A DNA stretch of 64,000 nucleotides from Octopus sinensis. Taxonomy: Eukaryota. The stretch spans positions 139,686,001-139,750,000 of the forward strand of contig NC_043000.1 of NCBI RefSeq assembly GCF_006345805.1, in the 5' to 3' direction. The notes under the pieces are model-generated. The model had not been told where the DNA came from, did not search any database, and saw only the letters and a program-made list of their open reading frames with translations. Of the stretch, positions 38,170 through 49,489 are shown piece after piece. A program made the translations under genes and the position numbers. The stretch's first letter is position 1; the number at the start of each line of letters is the position of its first letter.

Positions 38170-38438
38170 TTTATTCGTTTTATTCTTTTATTTGTTTCAG
38201 TCATGTGACTGTAACCATGCTGGAGCACCACCTTTAGTTGAAGAAATCGACCCGAGGACGTATTCATGTTAAGCCTAGTACTTATTCTATCAGTTTCTTT
38301 TGTCAAACCACTAAGTTATGGAGATGTAAACACACCAGCATCGGTTGCCCAGTGATGGTGAGGGACAACCGAGAATGGGTGGAAGTGGTACCACGGTGCT
38401 TTTTCTGAAGAGTCTGGACACACAAACATATACATATG

Positions 38439-38480
<42 letters not shown>

Positions 38481-38746
38481 ACAGGCTTCTTTCAGTTTCC
38501 ATCTACCAAATCCACTCACAAGTCTTTGGCAAGCCCAAGGCGAAAGTAGAAGACACTTACCCAAGAGGGACTGAACATGGAGAGGGACTGAACCCAAGAG
38601 GGACTGAACATGGAGAGGGACCGAACCCAAGAGGGACTGAACATGGAGAGGGACTGAACCCAAGGGGATTGAACATGGAGAGGGACTGAACCCAGAACCA
38701 AGTGGTCAATAAGCAAGCTACTTACCACACAGCCACGCCTTCACCT
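38170..38746 (-). mobile_element. SINE A carrying a 4x33 bp B-box minisatellite (38561-38692)
   Basis: Unit CCAAGAGGGACTGAACATGGAGAGGGACTGAAC repeated four times. Confidence 0.9.
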
Positions 38747-38763
38747 GTGCATGTGATGATTTT

Positions 38764-39505
38764 AATAAACCAAGAATTTATGTCGTATGGTATTTGATAC
38801 ACCTGTATTTGGTTCTGTTGTTCAAATATATACCATTGAGCACTAATTTCTATATTTTACAGTTCTATATTTACTCACCTGCTGTACAACACTGATACCC
38901 TATTCATTACATTTAAAATTATTTTTCTTCATCGGGTTTAAATTCTTAAATAATATCCTTAATGCCTAGTTTCAGAAATCTAGTACAATAAACCAAGAAT
39001 TTATGTTGTATGGTATTTGATACACCTGTATTTGGTTCTGTTGTTCAAATATATACCATTGAGCACTAATTTCTATATTTTACAGTTCTATATTTACTCA
39101 CCTGCTGTACAACACTGATACCTTATTCATTACATTTAAAATAATTTTTCTTCATCGGGTTTAAATTCTTAAATAATATGAGGAACAGAAGTAGATCAGA
39201 TGAAAAGTAGTTTGGCTTTGTGCCAAAGAGAAGCTCTGCTGATGCTATTTCCATAGTTCAGCAACTGCCAGAGAAGTATTTTCCTAAGAATACGTAAAAA
39301 GCACCCACTACACTCACGGAGTGGTTGGCGTTAGGAAGGGCATCCAGCCGTAGAAACACTGCCAGATCTGACTAGGCCTGATGAAACCTTCCGGCTTCAC
39401 AGACCCCAGTTGAACTATCCAACCCATGCTAGCATGGAAAACGGATGCTAAACGATGATGATGATTATGAATATCCTTAATGCCTAGTTTCAGAAATCTA
39501 GTACA
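38764..39505. repeat. 223 bp tandem duplication; second unit interrupted by a 290 bp insertion
   Basis: Unit 1 is 38764-38986; unit 2 is 38987-39179 plus 39475-39505; 3 mismatches over the first ~190 bp. Confidence 0.9.
39180..39469 (+). mobile_element. Chimeric retro-insertion: inverted copy of 42708-42826 fused to an RTEX 3' tail; AATAT TSD
   Basis: 39178-39292 matches the reverse complement of 42708-42826; 39293-39469 is an RTEX tail ending (GAT)n; AATAT at 39175-39179 and 39470-39474. Confidence 0.8.
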
Positions 39506-40272
39506 TTATAATACTGTCGGTAAGTTAAATGAATGTTTCGAACAATTAAACTTATTTCAGTACAAACAGCAACCATGATGCGTTGTAGTTTGCACTTTGT
39601 TAATTGCTTAGGTTTTCAGTTGGTGCTTCATGTACTTCTAGTCTTTTCAGTTTCTTTTTTGGAATATTCTATTTTAATAGATATGAATTCCATTTCCATC
39701 AATAGAATATACATTGTGCTATTTTTGACTTCTTTGCATCTCCTTTGATAACACAATATTCTTCAATATTCTTCAGCATTAATTTTTAGAGAAATTCCTT
39801 TTCTCCAGTTTCCAATATAGAATTGAGAGGTTGTAAATATACTTCTTTAAATTGTTTAATTCATACGTATCTTTTATTTAGGTAAGAAATTTTGGGACAT
39901 ACTTTTACACCTGCACATTCTTCTGAAGCCGTATTGCCTGCAGATTAATTTGGTTTTCTCATCCACGTAATTTCATAATACATGATTATATATATATGCA
40001 TCATTCACACCTCACAAAATTACTTCAGTCATACTTATGCAGAGACCTCCTAAGTGTTCTGCACTAAGAACGTGGTACATAATTTTATTCAGTAGTTCAA
40101 AAATAAAGCCACTACCTATATCAAGAAAACACAGCCCTACACTCACTACAGAAGAAACAAATAAATTCTTTTTCTTCTCTATGAATGCAAAGCCTATGTC
40201 ATATCACCGTCATCGTCATCATCATCATCATCATCAGCATCATCATCATCAGCAGCAGCAGCAGCATCATAT

Positions 40273-40676
40273 AAAGTGGCGAGCTGTCAAAAACGTTAGC
40301 ACACCGGGCGAAATGCTTAGCGGTATTCCGTTTGCCACTACATTCTGAGTTCAAATTCTGCCAAGGTCGACTTTGCTTTTCATCCTTTCGGGGTCAATTA
40401 AATAAGTACCAGTTACGCACTGGGGTCGATATAATCAAATTAATCCATTTGTCTGTCCTTGTTTGTCCTCTCTGTGTTTAGCCCCTTGTGGGTAGTAAAG
40501 AAATAGGTATTTTGTCTGTCTTCACATTCTGAGTTCAAATTCCACCAGGGTTGACTTTGCCTTTCATCCTTTCGGGGTTCAATAAATTAAGTACCAGTGA
40601 AACACAGGGGTCTATGTAATTGACTAGTCCCCTCCTCCAAAATTTCAGGCCTTGTGCCTATAGTAGAAAGGGTTAT
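40273..40676 (+). mobile_element. SINE B followed by a second partial B unit with a variant tail
   Basis: The TTCTGAGTTCAAATT...TTTCATCCTTTCGGG block occurs twice. Confidence 0.85.
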
Positions 40677-40787
40677 AAATCATAATAACTTTTTAGGATA
40701 CGGATACATTTGATATGTTTAATACCACACAAGTGGTTGTATCCTAGAGGTAAAAAATCATCCCAGTTTCCATATCAGATGAGACAC

Positions 40788-40851
40788 TATCCCTGATGTT
40801 ATCCCTGATGCTATCGCTGAAGTTATCCCTAATGTTATCCCTGGCAATATC
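40788..40851. repeat. 12 bp minisatellite (TATCCCTGATGT) x5
   Basis: Direct. Confidence 0.85.
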
Positions 40852-41027
40852 ACAATTTATGTGAAAGATTCAGTAACCATTATTTCTTTATTTTAATCTC
40901 TCTCTCAGTTAAGCTGTCCACACTTAATTTGTTCTCTCTTTAAAGTGTTTCTATATTATGAATGGGAAAAGCAAAACTAGTTTACTTAAAACAGAAAAAC
41001 TTAATGTCTGAATTTTTGGATATGTAC

Positions 41028-41090
41028 CAATCTTAGCTTTCTTAACTGTACTAATTTGATCATTTGGTTGTACAGCAAACAGAGAGGAAC
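41028..41090 (-). CDS. Candidate 63-nt exon (GSSLFAVQPNDQISTVKKAKI in phase 1)
   Basis: Strong T-rich tract and CATACAG acceptor; TTG|GTACAT donor; phase 1 matches the 37862 exon. Phase 0 is also open. Confidence 0.35.
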
Positions 41091-41320
41091 CTGTATGATG
41101 TGATGTAAAAAAATAAAACGCAGTTAATAAAATACATTGGTCATCACTGATGAAGCAGATTATCTAAAAAACTGAGGAAAATATAAAACAATGAAAGCCA
41201 AATGAGATTGTGATGCTCATGAATATGATTTAAATGAGAATTGGGATAGAAGCATTCAGAGGATGAGTGAAAGTGGCAAAATGAATTCTGAGAGAAACAA
41301 AAAAAAAATAAATAAATAAA

Positions 41321-41613
41321 AGGTGCTGAAGTGGCTGTGTGGTAAGTAGCTTGCTTATGAACCACATGGTTCCAGGTTCAGTCCCACTGCGTGGCACCTT
41401 GGGCAAATGTCTTCTACTATAGCCTTGGGCCGACCAAAGCCTTGTGAGTGGATTTGGTAGACGGAAACTGAAAGAAGCCCGTCGTATATATATATATATC
41501 ACGTGATCACGTGACCGACCAGACCATCAGATGTTTTTACATATTGCTGGTCACAGTGCATTCGCATTGTTTTAGCCTTTGAATGACGCCACCCCGCTGA
41601 CTAAGCAAGCAAG

Positions 41614-41676
<63 letters not shown>

Positions 41677-41890
41677 ATATGTTTGTATGTCTGTGTTTGT
41701 CCTCCCCAACATTGCTTGACAACCGATGCTGGTGTGTTTACGTCCCCATAACTTAGCAGTTCAGCAAAATAGACCAATCAAATAAGTACTAGGCTTCCAA
41801 AGAATAAGTCCTGGGGTTGATTTGCTGGACTAAAGGCGGTGCTCCAGCATGGCCGCAGTCAAATGACTGAAACAAGTAAAAGAATAAAAG
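41321..41890 (+). mobile_element. SINE A with a ~120 bp foreign insert (41499-41617) in its (TA)n
   Basis: Insert begins TCACGTGATCACGTGACC; a degenerate reverse copy is at about 62950-63050. Confidence 0.85.
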
Positions 41891-41899
41891 ATTAAAGAG

Positions 41900-43740
41900 A
41901 GGCAGATCCCCGCATGGACAAACATTACCAAGGTGGTTTTAGGATATCAGTTCTGCTGTGGTGATGGGTGGGTGGGTCTTCTTGAGTACAGCAACTTACC
42001 TCAATCTTTTGTCATCTCCTTCATAAAGTTCAGTGTTGTGAGATCAGCCTTAAATACTTCATCCCATGTCTTTTTGGGTTTCCCTCTTCCACAAGTTCTG
42101 TCTACTTTAAGTGTTCGGCACTTCTTTATCTAACTTTCTTTATCAATACACATCACATCACCAAACCAATGCAGTCTTTTCTCATGCAAACTGCATCTAA
42201 TTCCCCATAGGCCTAACTCTTCCCACAATGCACTGGCACTCTATCATACATGTGCACTGACAGTGTACATCTAGTGAAGCATACTAGCTTCATGCATCTC
42301 TAACCTTCACATTTCCTTTGCATCCTTAGTCCACATCTCAGTATCATGTATTATTGCTGTTCATACACATGCATCATACAACTCTCCTTTCACTTGAAGA
42401 GAAAGACATTCAGTTGCTAACAGAGGTAAAAGGTCTCTGATATTTTTTTATTATTCTTATTATAGCAATTTCATTTTTGGTACATGTTCCACAGCTAATT
42501 AAGACCCCTAGGTAGTAGAAATTATCAACTACCTCTAGAGAGCCTCTGGGGCATTTGAAGAAATCAATTTCCTTTACTAACAGCATTCCTGTACATGGCC
42601 TGTGCTGCCATCACAAGCCACTTTTCTGTCCTTAGCTTCCTCAGTGACTGATCCCATTATTCTGTCAAAGACTATTTTCAGATCAACAAATGCCAAGTAC
42701 AACAGCTTATTCTTAGGAAAATACTTCTTTGGCAGTTGCTGAACTATGGAAATAGCATCAGCAGAGCTTCTTTCTCCATGGCACAAAGCCAAACTACTTT
42801 TTATCTGATCTACTTCTGTTTCTCATTTATTGGGCTATAATTCTCTCCATAGCTTTCATCACCTGGCCCAACAATTTGGTATCTCTATGATTATTTTTAT
42901 CTTAAGCATCTCCATAATCCTTGTAGCAGGTGACTATGATGCTGCTACTCCAGTCACTGGAGATTATGTCTTCCTGAATAACCTGATTAACTATATGGGT
43001 GACTAGAGTGTATTCTACTCTATCACATATTTTAAGAATTTCAGCAGTGATTCCTGATGGACTAGGGGCTTTCCTATCTTCCTGTCCTTCATTGCTTTAT
43101 CTCTCATACTGCTGTCACCTAGGATAGCTGGTCCCTTTGTTGGGTTCCCATGGGAGAGACTCCCATTCTCTCATTCATTATCCAAATTTAATAGCCTTTC
43201 ATAGTAGCTCTTTGACACCTCTTTCTTTTCAGAATAAGTGTGAGTATACCATTATCCATCCATACACACTTCTATCCCGCATCTTGATTTTCTCTGACAC
43301 ACTTCCTAGCAATCCAGAACACCTCACGTCTCTGATCGTCACACTATAAGTCACTGGGAAACCTCTTCTTTTCTGCTTCTGCACCGGCTGGATAAACCTG
43401 ATGCCTAGCTTCCTTTTATCTACCTGATATGGTTCTTTGCTAACCTCACTTTTCTACTCTTCCCAAACCTGTCTCTCCTCTTTTATGGCCATCAACTTCG
43501 TTGTTTCACAACCATGTCACTCTTGGTCGGCAAAATCTTTGCTCCAACCACAGATTTGCTCCGCTACCCTCAGCAGATTATCCTGTAAGAATTCCCCATC
43601 CTCTATGTCATATGTCTCAGTTTTATCTTTCTCATTAAATGTTTCATTAAGAACATTACTAAGCCTTTGCCCATTTGAAGAACCTTTGAGATTCCATAAT
43701 CTCCTTTTCCACATCAGTTTGTGTCTATGGGTTCTATCCC
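41900..43740 (-). mobile_element. Old decayed RTEX LINE (linker, RT, thumb)
   Basis: SSADAISIVQQLPKKYFPKNKLLYLAFVDLKIVFDR (RT domains 2-3), RRLWNLK...FLQDNLLRVAEQICGW, and CGRGKPKKTWDEV. Confidence 0.8.
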
Positions 43741-43880
43741 AATAATTATTCTTATTAGTTTATGTAAAAATCATAATAACCATTCAAATTCATAAAACAT
43801 GCATCAAAACATTTTTGTATCTGTCATAATTACTTGTTGAGAAATAATATTTACTTTAAACTTTATATTACTAGCACTAT

Positions 43881-44265
43881 ATAGGAGCACTCCGTCGGTT
43901 GCGACGATGAGGGTCCCAGCTGATACGATCAACGGAACAGCTTGCTCGTGATATTAATGTGCAAGTGGCTGAGCATTCCACAGACACGTGTACCCTTAAC
44001 GTAGATCTCGGGGAGATTCAGCGTGACACACAGGATGTGACAAGGCTGGCCCCTTGAAATACAGGTACAAGAGAAACAGGAAGAAAGAGTGAGAGAAAGT
44101 TGTGGTGAAAGAGTACAGCAGGGTTCACCACTAACCCCTGTCAGAGCCTCGTGGAGCTTTAGGTGTTTTCGCTCAATAAACACTCACAATGCCCGGTCTG
44201 GGAATCGAAACCGCGATCCTCCGACCGCGAGTCCGCTGCCCTAACCACTGGGCCATTGCACCTCC
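43881..44265 (-). mobile_element. tRNA-derived SINE family D with perfect 14 bp TSD
   Basis: Head TGGCCCAGTGGTTAGGG...GGTTTCGATTCCC; ATTACTAGCACTAT at 43867-43880 and 44266-44279. Confidence 0.92.
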
Positions 44266-44873
44266 ATTACTAGCACTATTCATTAGCCAACCATTAAATA
44301 CTAAGAAATACCAATCAAAGGTTACATTTCCAATTCCCACAAGCTAAATTACCTGTGTATAAATGCATATAATGAAACGAAATTTGGCAAATATAATTAG
44401 ATAATTTAATTTCTTTACAAAGCACTTCTTAGTTTCTTATTTTCTTTTTAAGCTCAAATATAGAGAATTACATTATTTTAAAAAATGAATTGGCAGTTTA
44501 GAATATCTGTGTTTCTAAATTTTGGAATTCAGGAATTCAGATGATCGAAGCTTGCTTGTATTTTTCTTAATGCCAAGTGATCAGTAATGACCATCCTTCC
44601 AGATAGAGTTATGGCTGGGTTTAGGAGCTGACTGTGTCCCTTACAACTTATACTCTTGAATTCTATCTTAACATGAAACCAAATCGATCTACTAAAATCA
44701 ACAGCTATATTTCCTTCAAATCACATTTCAAATCATATTAAAAGGGTTAAAGACTCATATTAGATAATGAAGTCCTAAGAAACCCTAGCCCCCGAAGTCC
44801 AAGATGACCCCCATATGAACACAGGTCAGTTCAATCAGTACATCTAGAGTTAAACAATAACAACAACTATCTG

Positions 44874-45286
44874 TACTCTCTTTACTCTTTTACTTGTTTC
44901 AGTCATTTGACTGCGGCCATGCTGGAGCACCGGCTTTAGTCGAGCAAATCGACCCCAGGACTTATTCTTTGTAAGCCCAGTACTTATTCTATCGGTTTCT
45001 TTTGCCGAACTGCTAAGTGACGGGGACGTAAACACACCAGCATCAGTTGTCAAGCAATGCTAGGGCGACAAACACAGACAAACAAACACACACACACATA
45101 CATATATATATATACATATATATGACAGGCTTCTTTCAGTTTCCATCTGCCAAATCCACTCACAAGGCATTGGTCGGCCCGGGGCTATAGCAGAAGACAC
45201 TTGCCCAAGATGCCACGCAGTGGGACTGAACCCAGAACCATGTGGTTGGTTAGCAAGCTACTTACCACACAGCCACTCCTGCACCT
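44874..45286 (-). mobile_element. SINE A, full length
   Basis: Family homology. Confidence 0.92.
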
Positions 45287-45347
45287 CAGTTTGCTGAGAA
45301 CTTATTAAACTCTTCAGTGCTAGTGTCACAAGAATATGTACCCAATG
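45286..45347 (-). repeat. Inverted copy of 46166-46233 joined to the SINE A 5' end
   Basis: 56 bp with 1 mismatch (45292-45347 vs 46166-46221), plus AACTGA after a 6 nt skip. Confidence 0.85.
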
Positions 45348-45614
45348 TATCAAAGTTTTCAAAAGGACAGCAATAGTACAACTGATGAAAAGATATGAAA
45401 GCATTAAGAAAATTTGTTTGAAATGAAGAGGAAAAGTCATATGTTGACTATATAGAAGAATTTACTACTGTACCATAAAACTTATTCATTGGTAACAAGA
45501 TTTTTAAGCTGATTTAGATTAATTGTAGATACCAGTTATATTTGTATCTATTGCTTTAATTTGCATGGATAATACAATATGGCAGTAACTTTTGGCAAAT
45601 TCTTTCTATAATCT

Positions 45615-45653
45615 AATCGTTATCATCATCATCCTCATGATCACCATCATCAC

Positions 45654-45689
<36 letters not shown>

Positions 45690-46005
45690 TGTCATCATCA
45701 TCGTCGTCGTCGTTGTCATCATCATCGTCATTGTCATCATTATCATTATCACCATCATCATCACCACCACCATCATCATCATCATCACCATCATCACCAT
45801 CACCATCACCATTATCATCATCATCATCATGATCATCATTGTCATCATCATCGTCGTCGTCGTCATCATCATCATCATCGTCGTCGTCGTCATCATCATC
45901 ATCATCGTCGTCGTCGTCATCATCATCAATGATGTTGTCATCGTCATCATTGATGTTGTCATCATTGATGTTGTCATCATTGTTGCTGTCATTGTTGTCA
46001 TCATT
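45615..46005. repeat. ~390 bp cryptic (CAT/CAC/CGT)n array attached to an old RTEX tail (46005-46200, -)
   Basis: The array runs directly into CTATGTCTGCTTTCCATGCTAACATGG. Confidence 0.9.
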
Positions 46006-46308
46006 CTATGTCTGCTTTCCATGCTAACATGGTTTGCATGAAATATTCATGATCTAAGTTCTTTTTTTTTATAGACAACTACTGTTCTCATGGATGTTTT
46101 TTTTTTATTCTGGATTGGCTCCTATGGATGAATGCTCTTTTTATCACCAACCACTTTACAGAGTGCATTGGGTACATATTCTTGTGACACTAGCACTGAA
46201 GAGGTTAATAAGTTCTCAGCAAGACTGAACTGAAGCAACATCACAACCCTCTACATTCTCTGTTTGTTTGTCATCCACTTCACAGCAGGTATTGGGTATA
46301 TTCTATGT

Positions 46309-46572
46309 TGAAGTGGAGGTGTGTGGCTTAGTGGTTAGGGTGTCGGCATCATGATTGTAAGATTGTGGTTTCGATTCCTGGACCGGGCGACACATCGTGT
46401 TCTTGAGGAAAACACTTCATTTCACATTGCTCCAGTCCACTCAGTTGGCAAAAATGAGTAACGCTGCGATGGACTGGCATTCCGTCCAACTGGGGAACAC
46501 ATACACCACTGAAACTGGGAAACTGGGCCCATGAGCTTGGCTAGGCTTTAAAAGGGTGCATTTATTTTATAT
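46309..46572 (+). mobile_element. tRNA-derived SINE family E with 12 bp TSD
   Basis: TGGCTTAGTGG and GGTTTCGATTCC boxes, CCAGTCCACTCAG core; TATATTCTATGT at 46297-46308 and 46573-46584. Confidence 0.9.
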
Positions 46573-46679
46573 TATATTCTATGTAGTACCAGCACTTGAG
46601 AGTTTTTGCTAAGACTTTGGTGAGACAAGACTAAAAGACCACTGAACATTGCTTTACTTCATTTCACTCACTAATCACT

Positions 46680-47160
46680 CTGGAGGATGGAAATTCAAAT
46701 AGCTTGACCAGTCGATGGGTAACAGGTAGAACTGGCCCAAATGGGGGAGATAACAATCGATGGCAGAGAAGTAGAGTGAATTGGATGCAGACAGTTTGAT
46801 GCAGTTTCAAGACCTAGTGATGAGAGTTGATAGAGTGAAGGGGATGATTTGATGCAACATTTTTTACACAGACATAGTGAAGAGAAGAGGAGAGCAGAAT
46901 GATGAAGATGATAGTGTTGTTGTTGTTGGTGGTGGTCGTGGGAAGCTTTTTTACTTGAGAGATTTGCAAGAAGTGTGATGAGAGAAAGGGTTGAATGTGC
47001 TATAGGGAGATGCTTGAAATGGATAGGGAGATCTATGGAGAAAAAAGAAGGATGATGCATAATGAAGAAGATGAAGAAATGCAAACTCTCATACATAGGC
47101 CTAGTGAGAATAGGGAGGCAGGGAGATGAGGATGATGGTAGCAAGGGTTAGTCATCCTTT
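46680..47160 (-). mobile_element. Possible decayed Penelope-like RT fragment
   Basis: NCLHPI and PIDWSSYLNFHP loosely resemble PLE N.LHP.I.FT and KPTD.HSYL motifs. Confidence 0.3.
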
Positions 47161-47279
47161 GTGAACCTCACAGGTGGAGGAGAGGTAAAAGATGGAAGAG
47201 TATGAAATTCTTGCAATGTATTGTTTTACATTGCTCGTATTCTTAGAATTTCTTGAGTCAAGACAAAGATCCAGTCTTT

Positions 47280-48000
47280 CAATGGCTTCTGGGGAACTCC
47301 ATCTCATCTGTCTCTGTTGTGGGTGAAAATTTTGTAGTCGTTGAGTGCTCCACTCATCTTAGCTGCATGATCCACAGCAGTAGTAGCTGTGAGTTCAAAG
47401 TCTTAAAATGACTTGGACATGCTGCTGCAGTTGTGGACTCGCTAAGAAGAAAGGGTGTCAAGCATTGTGGATATCTGAGTGAGAGAAGAATGGTTCAGGC
47501 TGTTGGATCTCTGGTCCTGCTTTTGTTGCTCTACAGCTGCAACACCTGGACACTGTCTGGTGCCCTTGGGTGTCTCTGATCATCACTCTGCTTAGGTGAT
47601 GATCTGCTTCTGAACTTCTTTAGTGCCAGCACTCTTCACAGAATCATGGGTTACCATTGGTTAGATTTCATATCCAATCAATGACTAAACTCAGAAACTG
47701 GGATGTGTCCCGCTACCTGCATGATTCGACAGCTCAAACTGTTATGGTTATGTTGCTCACTATTCTGAGTTGGATCCTTCATACCATGTTCCCTTCTCTG
47801 AGAATTTGGCTGGGGCGATGGCTCATGTTGGTCAGCTAAATGCCTCATAGTCACGGTGGATGAAAAAGGATTTCAAGGAGATTGAAACTGAGTGGGACAC
47901 TGCTTGAAGGATTGCCTGGGATGAACCAAAATGATACCAATAAGCGGTGGATGCAGCACAGCAATGTGCTGCAATGATGCATGACCCCATACCTGACCTG
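47280..48000 (+). mobile_element. Decayed RTE (Expander/Rex3-like) 3' region
   Basis: Frameshifted SLVLLLLLYSCNTWTLSG and RIMGYHWLDFISNQ; short ACCTG tail. Confidence 0.65.
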
Positions 48001-48023
48001 TTCATGTACAAGATTAGCAAATA

Positions 48024-48261
48024 TACTCTTTACTCTTTTCTCTCTTTTACTTGTTTCAGTCATTTGATTGTGGCCATGCTGGAGCACCGCCTTTAGTCGA
48101 GCAAATCAACCCCGGCACTTATTCTTTGTAAGCCCAGTACTTATTCTATCGGTCTCTTTTGCTGAACTGCTAAGTGACGGGGATTAAACACACCAGCATC
48201 GGTTGTCAAGCAATGCTAGGGGGACAAAGCCAGACACACAAACACACACACACATACATAC

Positions 48262-48294
<33 letters not shown>

Positions 48295-48412
48295 CATATA
48301 TATGACAGACTTCTTTCAGTTTCTGTCTACCAAATCCACTCACAAGGCATTGGTCGGCCCGGGGCTATAGCAGAAGACACTTGCCCAAGATGCCATACAG
48401 TGGGACTGAACC
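48024..48412 (-). mobile_element. SINE A, 5'-truncated at the B-box
   Basis: Homology ends at GGGACTGAACC. Confidence 0.9.
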
Positions 48413-48491
48413 TGTTTGCAATTTTAAATCTTTAATTTCATGATTTATTCAGTGTTTCTCATGTTATTTATGTAAGCATTAGAGGTCACTT

Positions 48492-48773
48492 GCAGACTGC
48501 TCTGGACAGAGAAGGGTGGCGATCAGCTGTCCACAAGGGTGCCAACACATGCAAGACCAATAGGATCGTTGCTGCAGAATACCACAGACAAGCCAGGAAG
48601 AACAGAGCTAACAACCTTGTAGTAGGCGCTACGATACCCTGTCCACACTGTCAAAGAATCTTTTGGGCTGAGATTGGCCTCACTAGCCATCTTCAGACTC
48701 ACGAAACAAACCAACCCCCCACCCCAGGATGACTAGATGGTCTTCGTTGCATTGAAAGACAAACTACACACAC
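48492..48773 (+). mobile_element. Short 5'-truncated RTE (BovB-like) LINE with 11 bp TSD
   Basis: DREGWRSAVHKG...CPHCQRIF...GLTSHLQTH; (CA)n tail; AGAGGTCACTT at 48481-48491 and 48774-48784. Confidence 0.88.
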
Positions 48774-48824
48774 AGAGGTCACTTAAGCTTATTGCTTTAT
48801 TTTAGAAATTAAATGTATATTTAA

Positions 48825-49043
48825 CCCTTTAGTATTCAGATTACACTGTCAAATGTAATATTTTTTTATTCAAATTGTTTTGAATTCATCAAGCATTATT
48901 TTATAGCTTTGAGGTTTCAACTATGTGATTGTTTATTTTTAGAATGGCATTGTAGGTTAGGTGTGAAAGGCTAGATATAGCCAGTTTGAATATAAAACAT
49001 ATAGAATATTTGGGCCAGATATGGCCGGTTTAACACTAAAGGG
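48825..49043. mobile_element. piggyBac-like MITE (second family)
   Basis: TTAA|CCCTTTAG...CTAAAGGG|TTAA. Confidence 0.8.
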
Positions 49044-49489
49044 TTAAATACATAGCTGCATATTGTTCAGGTATATTATTGTAAAGGTGAAAATTCTACA
49101 GTATTCACATATGTTTGATAACGAGAATATATTGCTTCATTAGTATTTTCATTTAACATTTAGTATCATGTTTTGTTAAGCAGTTTGCAAAGACAAACAC
49201 TTTCATAAAATCTGGCTTAAACAGAGACGACGGAATTTCTGTTGTCAAAGAATATTAAAGAATAACTTCAAACTGAAAAGTCTATCATGATACACAAGAA
49301 CATAATACATTTCAATTCACTGACTGATTGCAAAATTAAGTGCTGCAAAACCATTTCAAATTGTTGGTTTTGCAAAAACTGCAAATAACAGCAGCTTGAA
49401 AAATAAGACAGTCATAGAAACAAAGGGATTGACAATATTATTCACTCACTAGAATGCATATTGGGAAAAGGAAAGAGATCTAGTTAAAA

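Noticed and set aside
38561-38692. CRISPR-like array
   Set aside because: No unique spacers, no cas genes, eukaryotic context; units derive from the SINE.
39180-39292. All three substitutions between the captured segment and its source are A (source) versus G (insert), resembling a retro-copied ADAR-edited RNA
   Set aside because: At least two of the G states restore the expected RT codons (DE of DEMQF, E of QEKY), so they are probably ancestral and the source mutated later. The 4 nt indel is also not explained by editing. A family consensus would settle it.
44190-44265. tRNA gene
   Set aside because: tRNA-like head of a SINE with a long body and TSD; the same applies to the heads of families A, B, E and F.
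45592-46041. Poly-Ile, poly-Met and poly-Ser ORFs (also at 9206, 20516, 21620, 56608, 61517, 63034)
   Set aside because: Translations of microsatellites.
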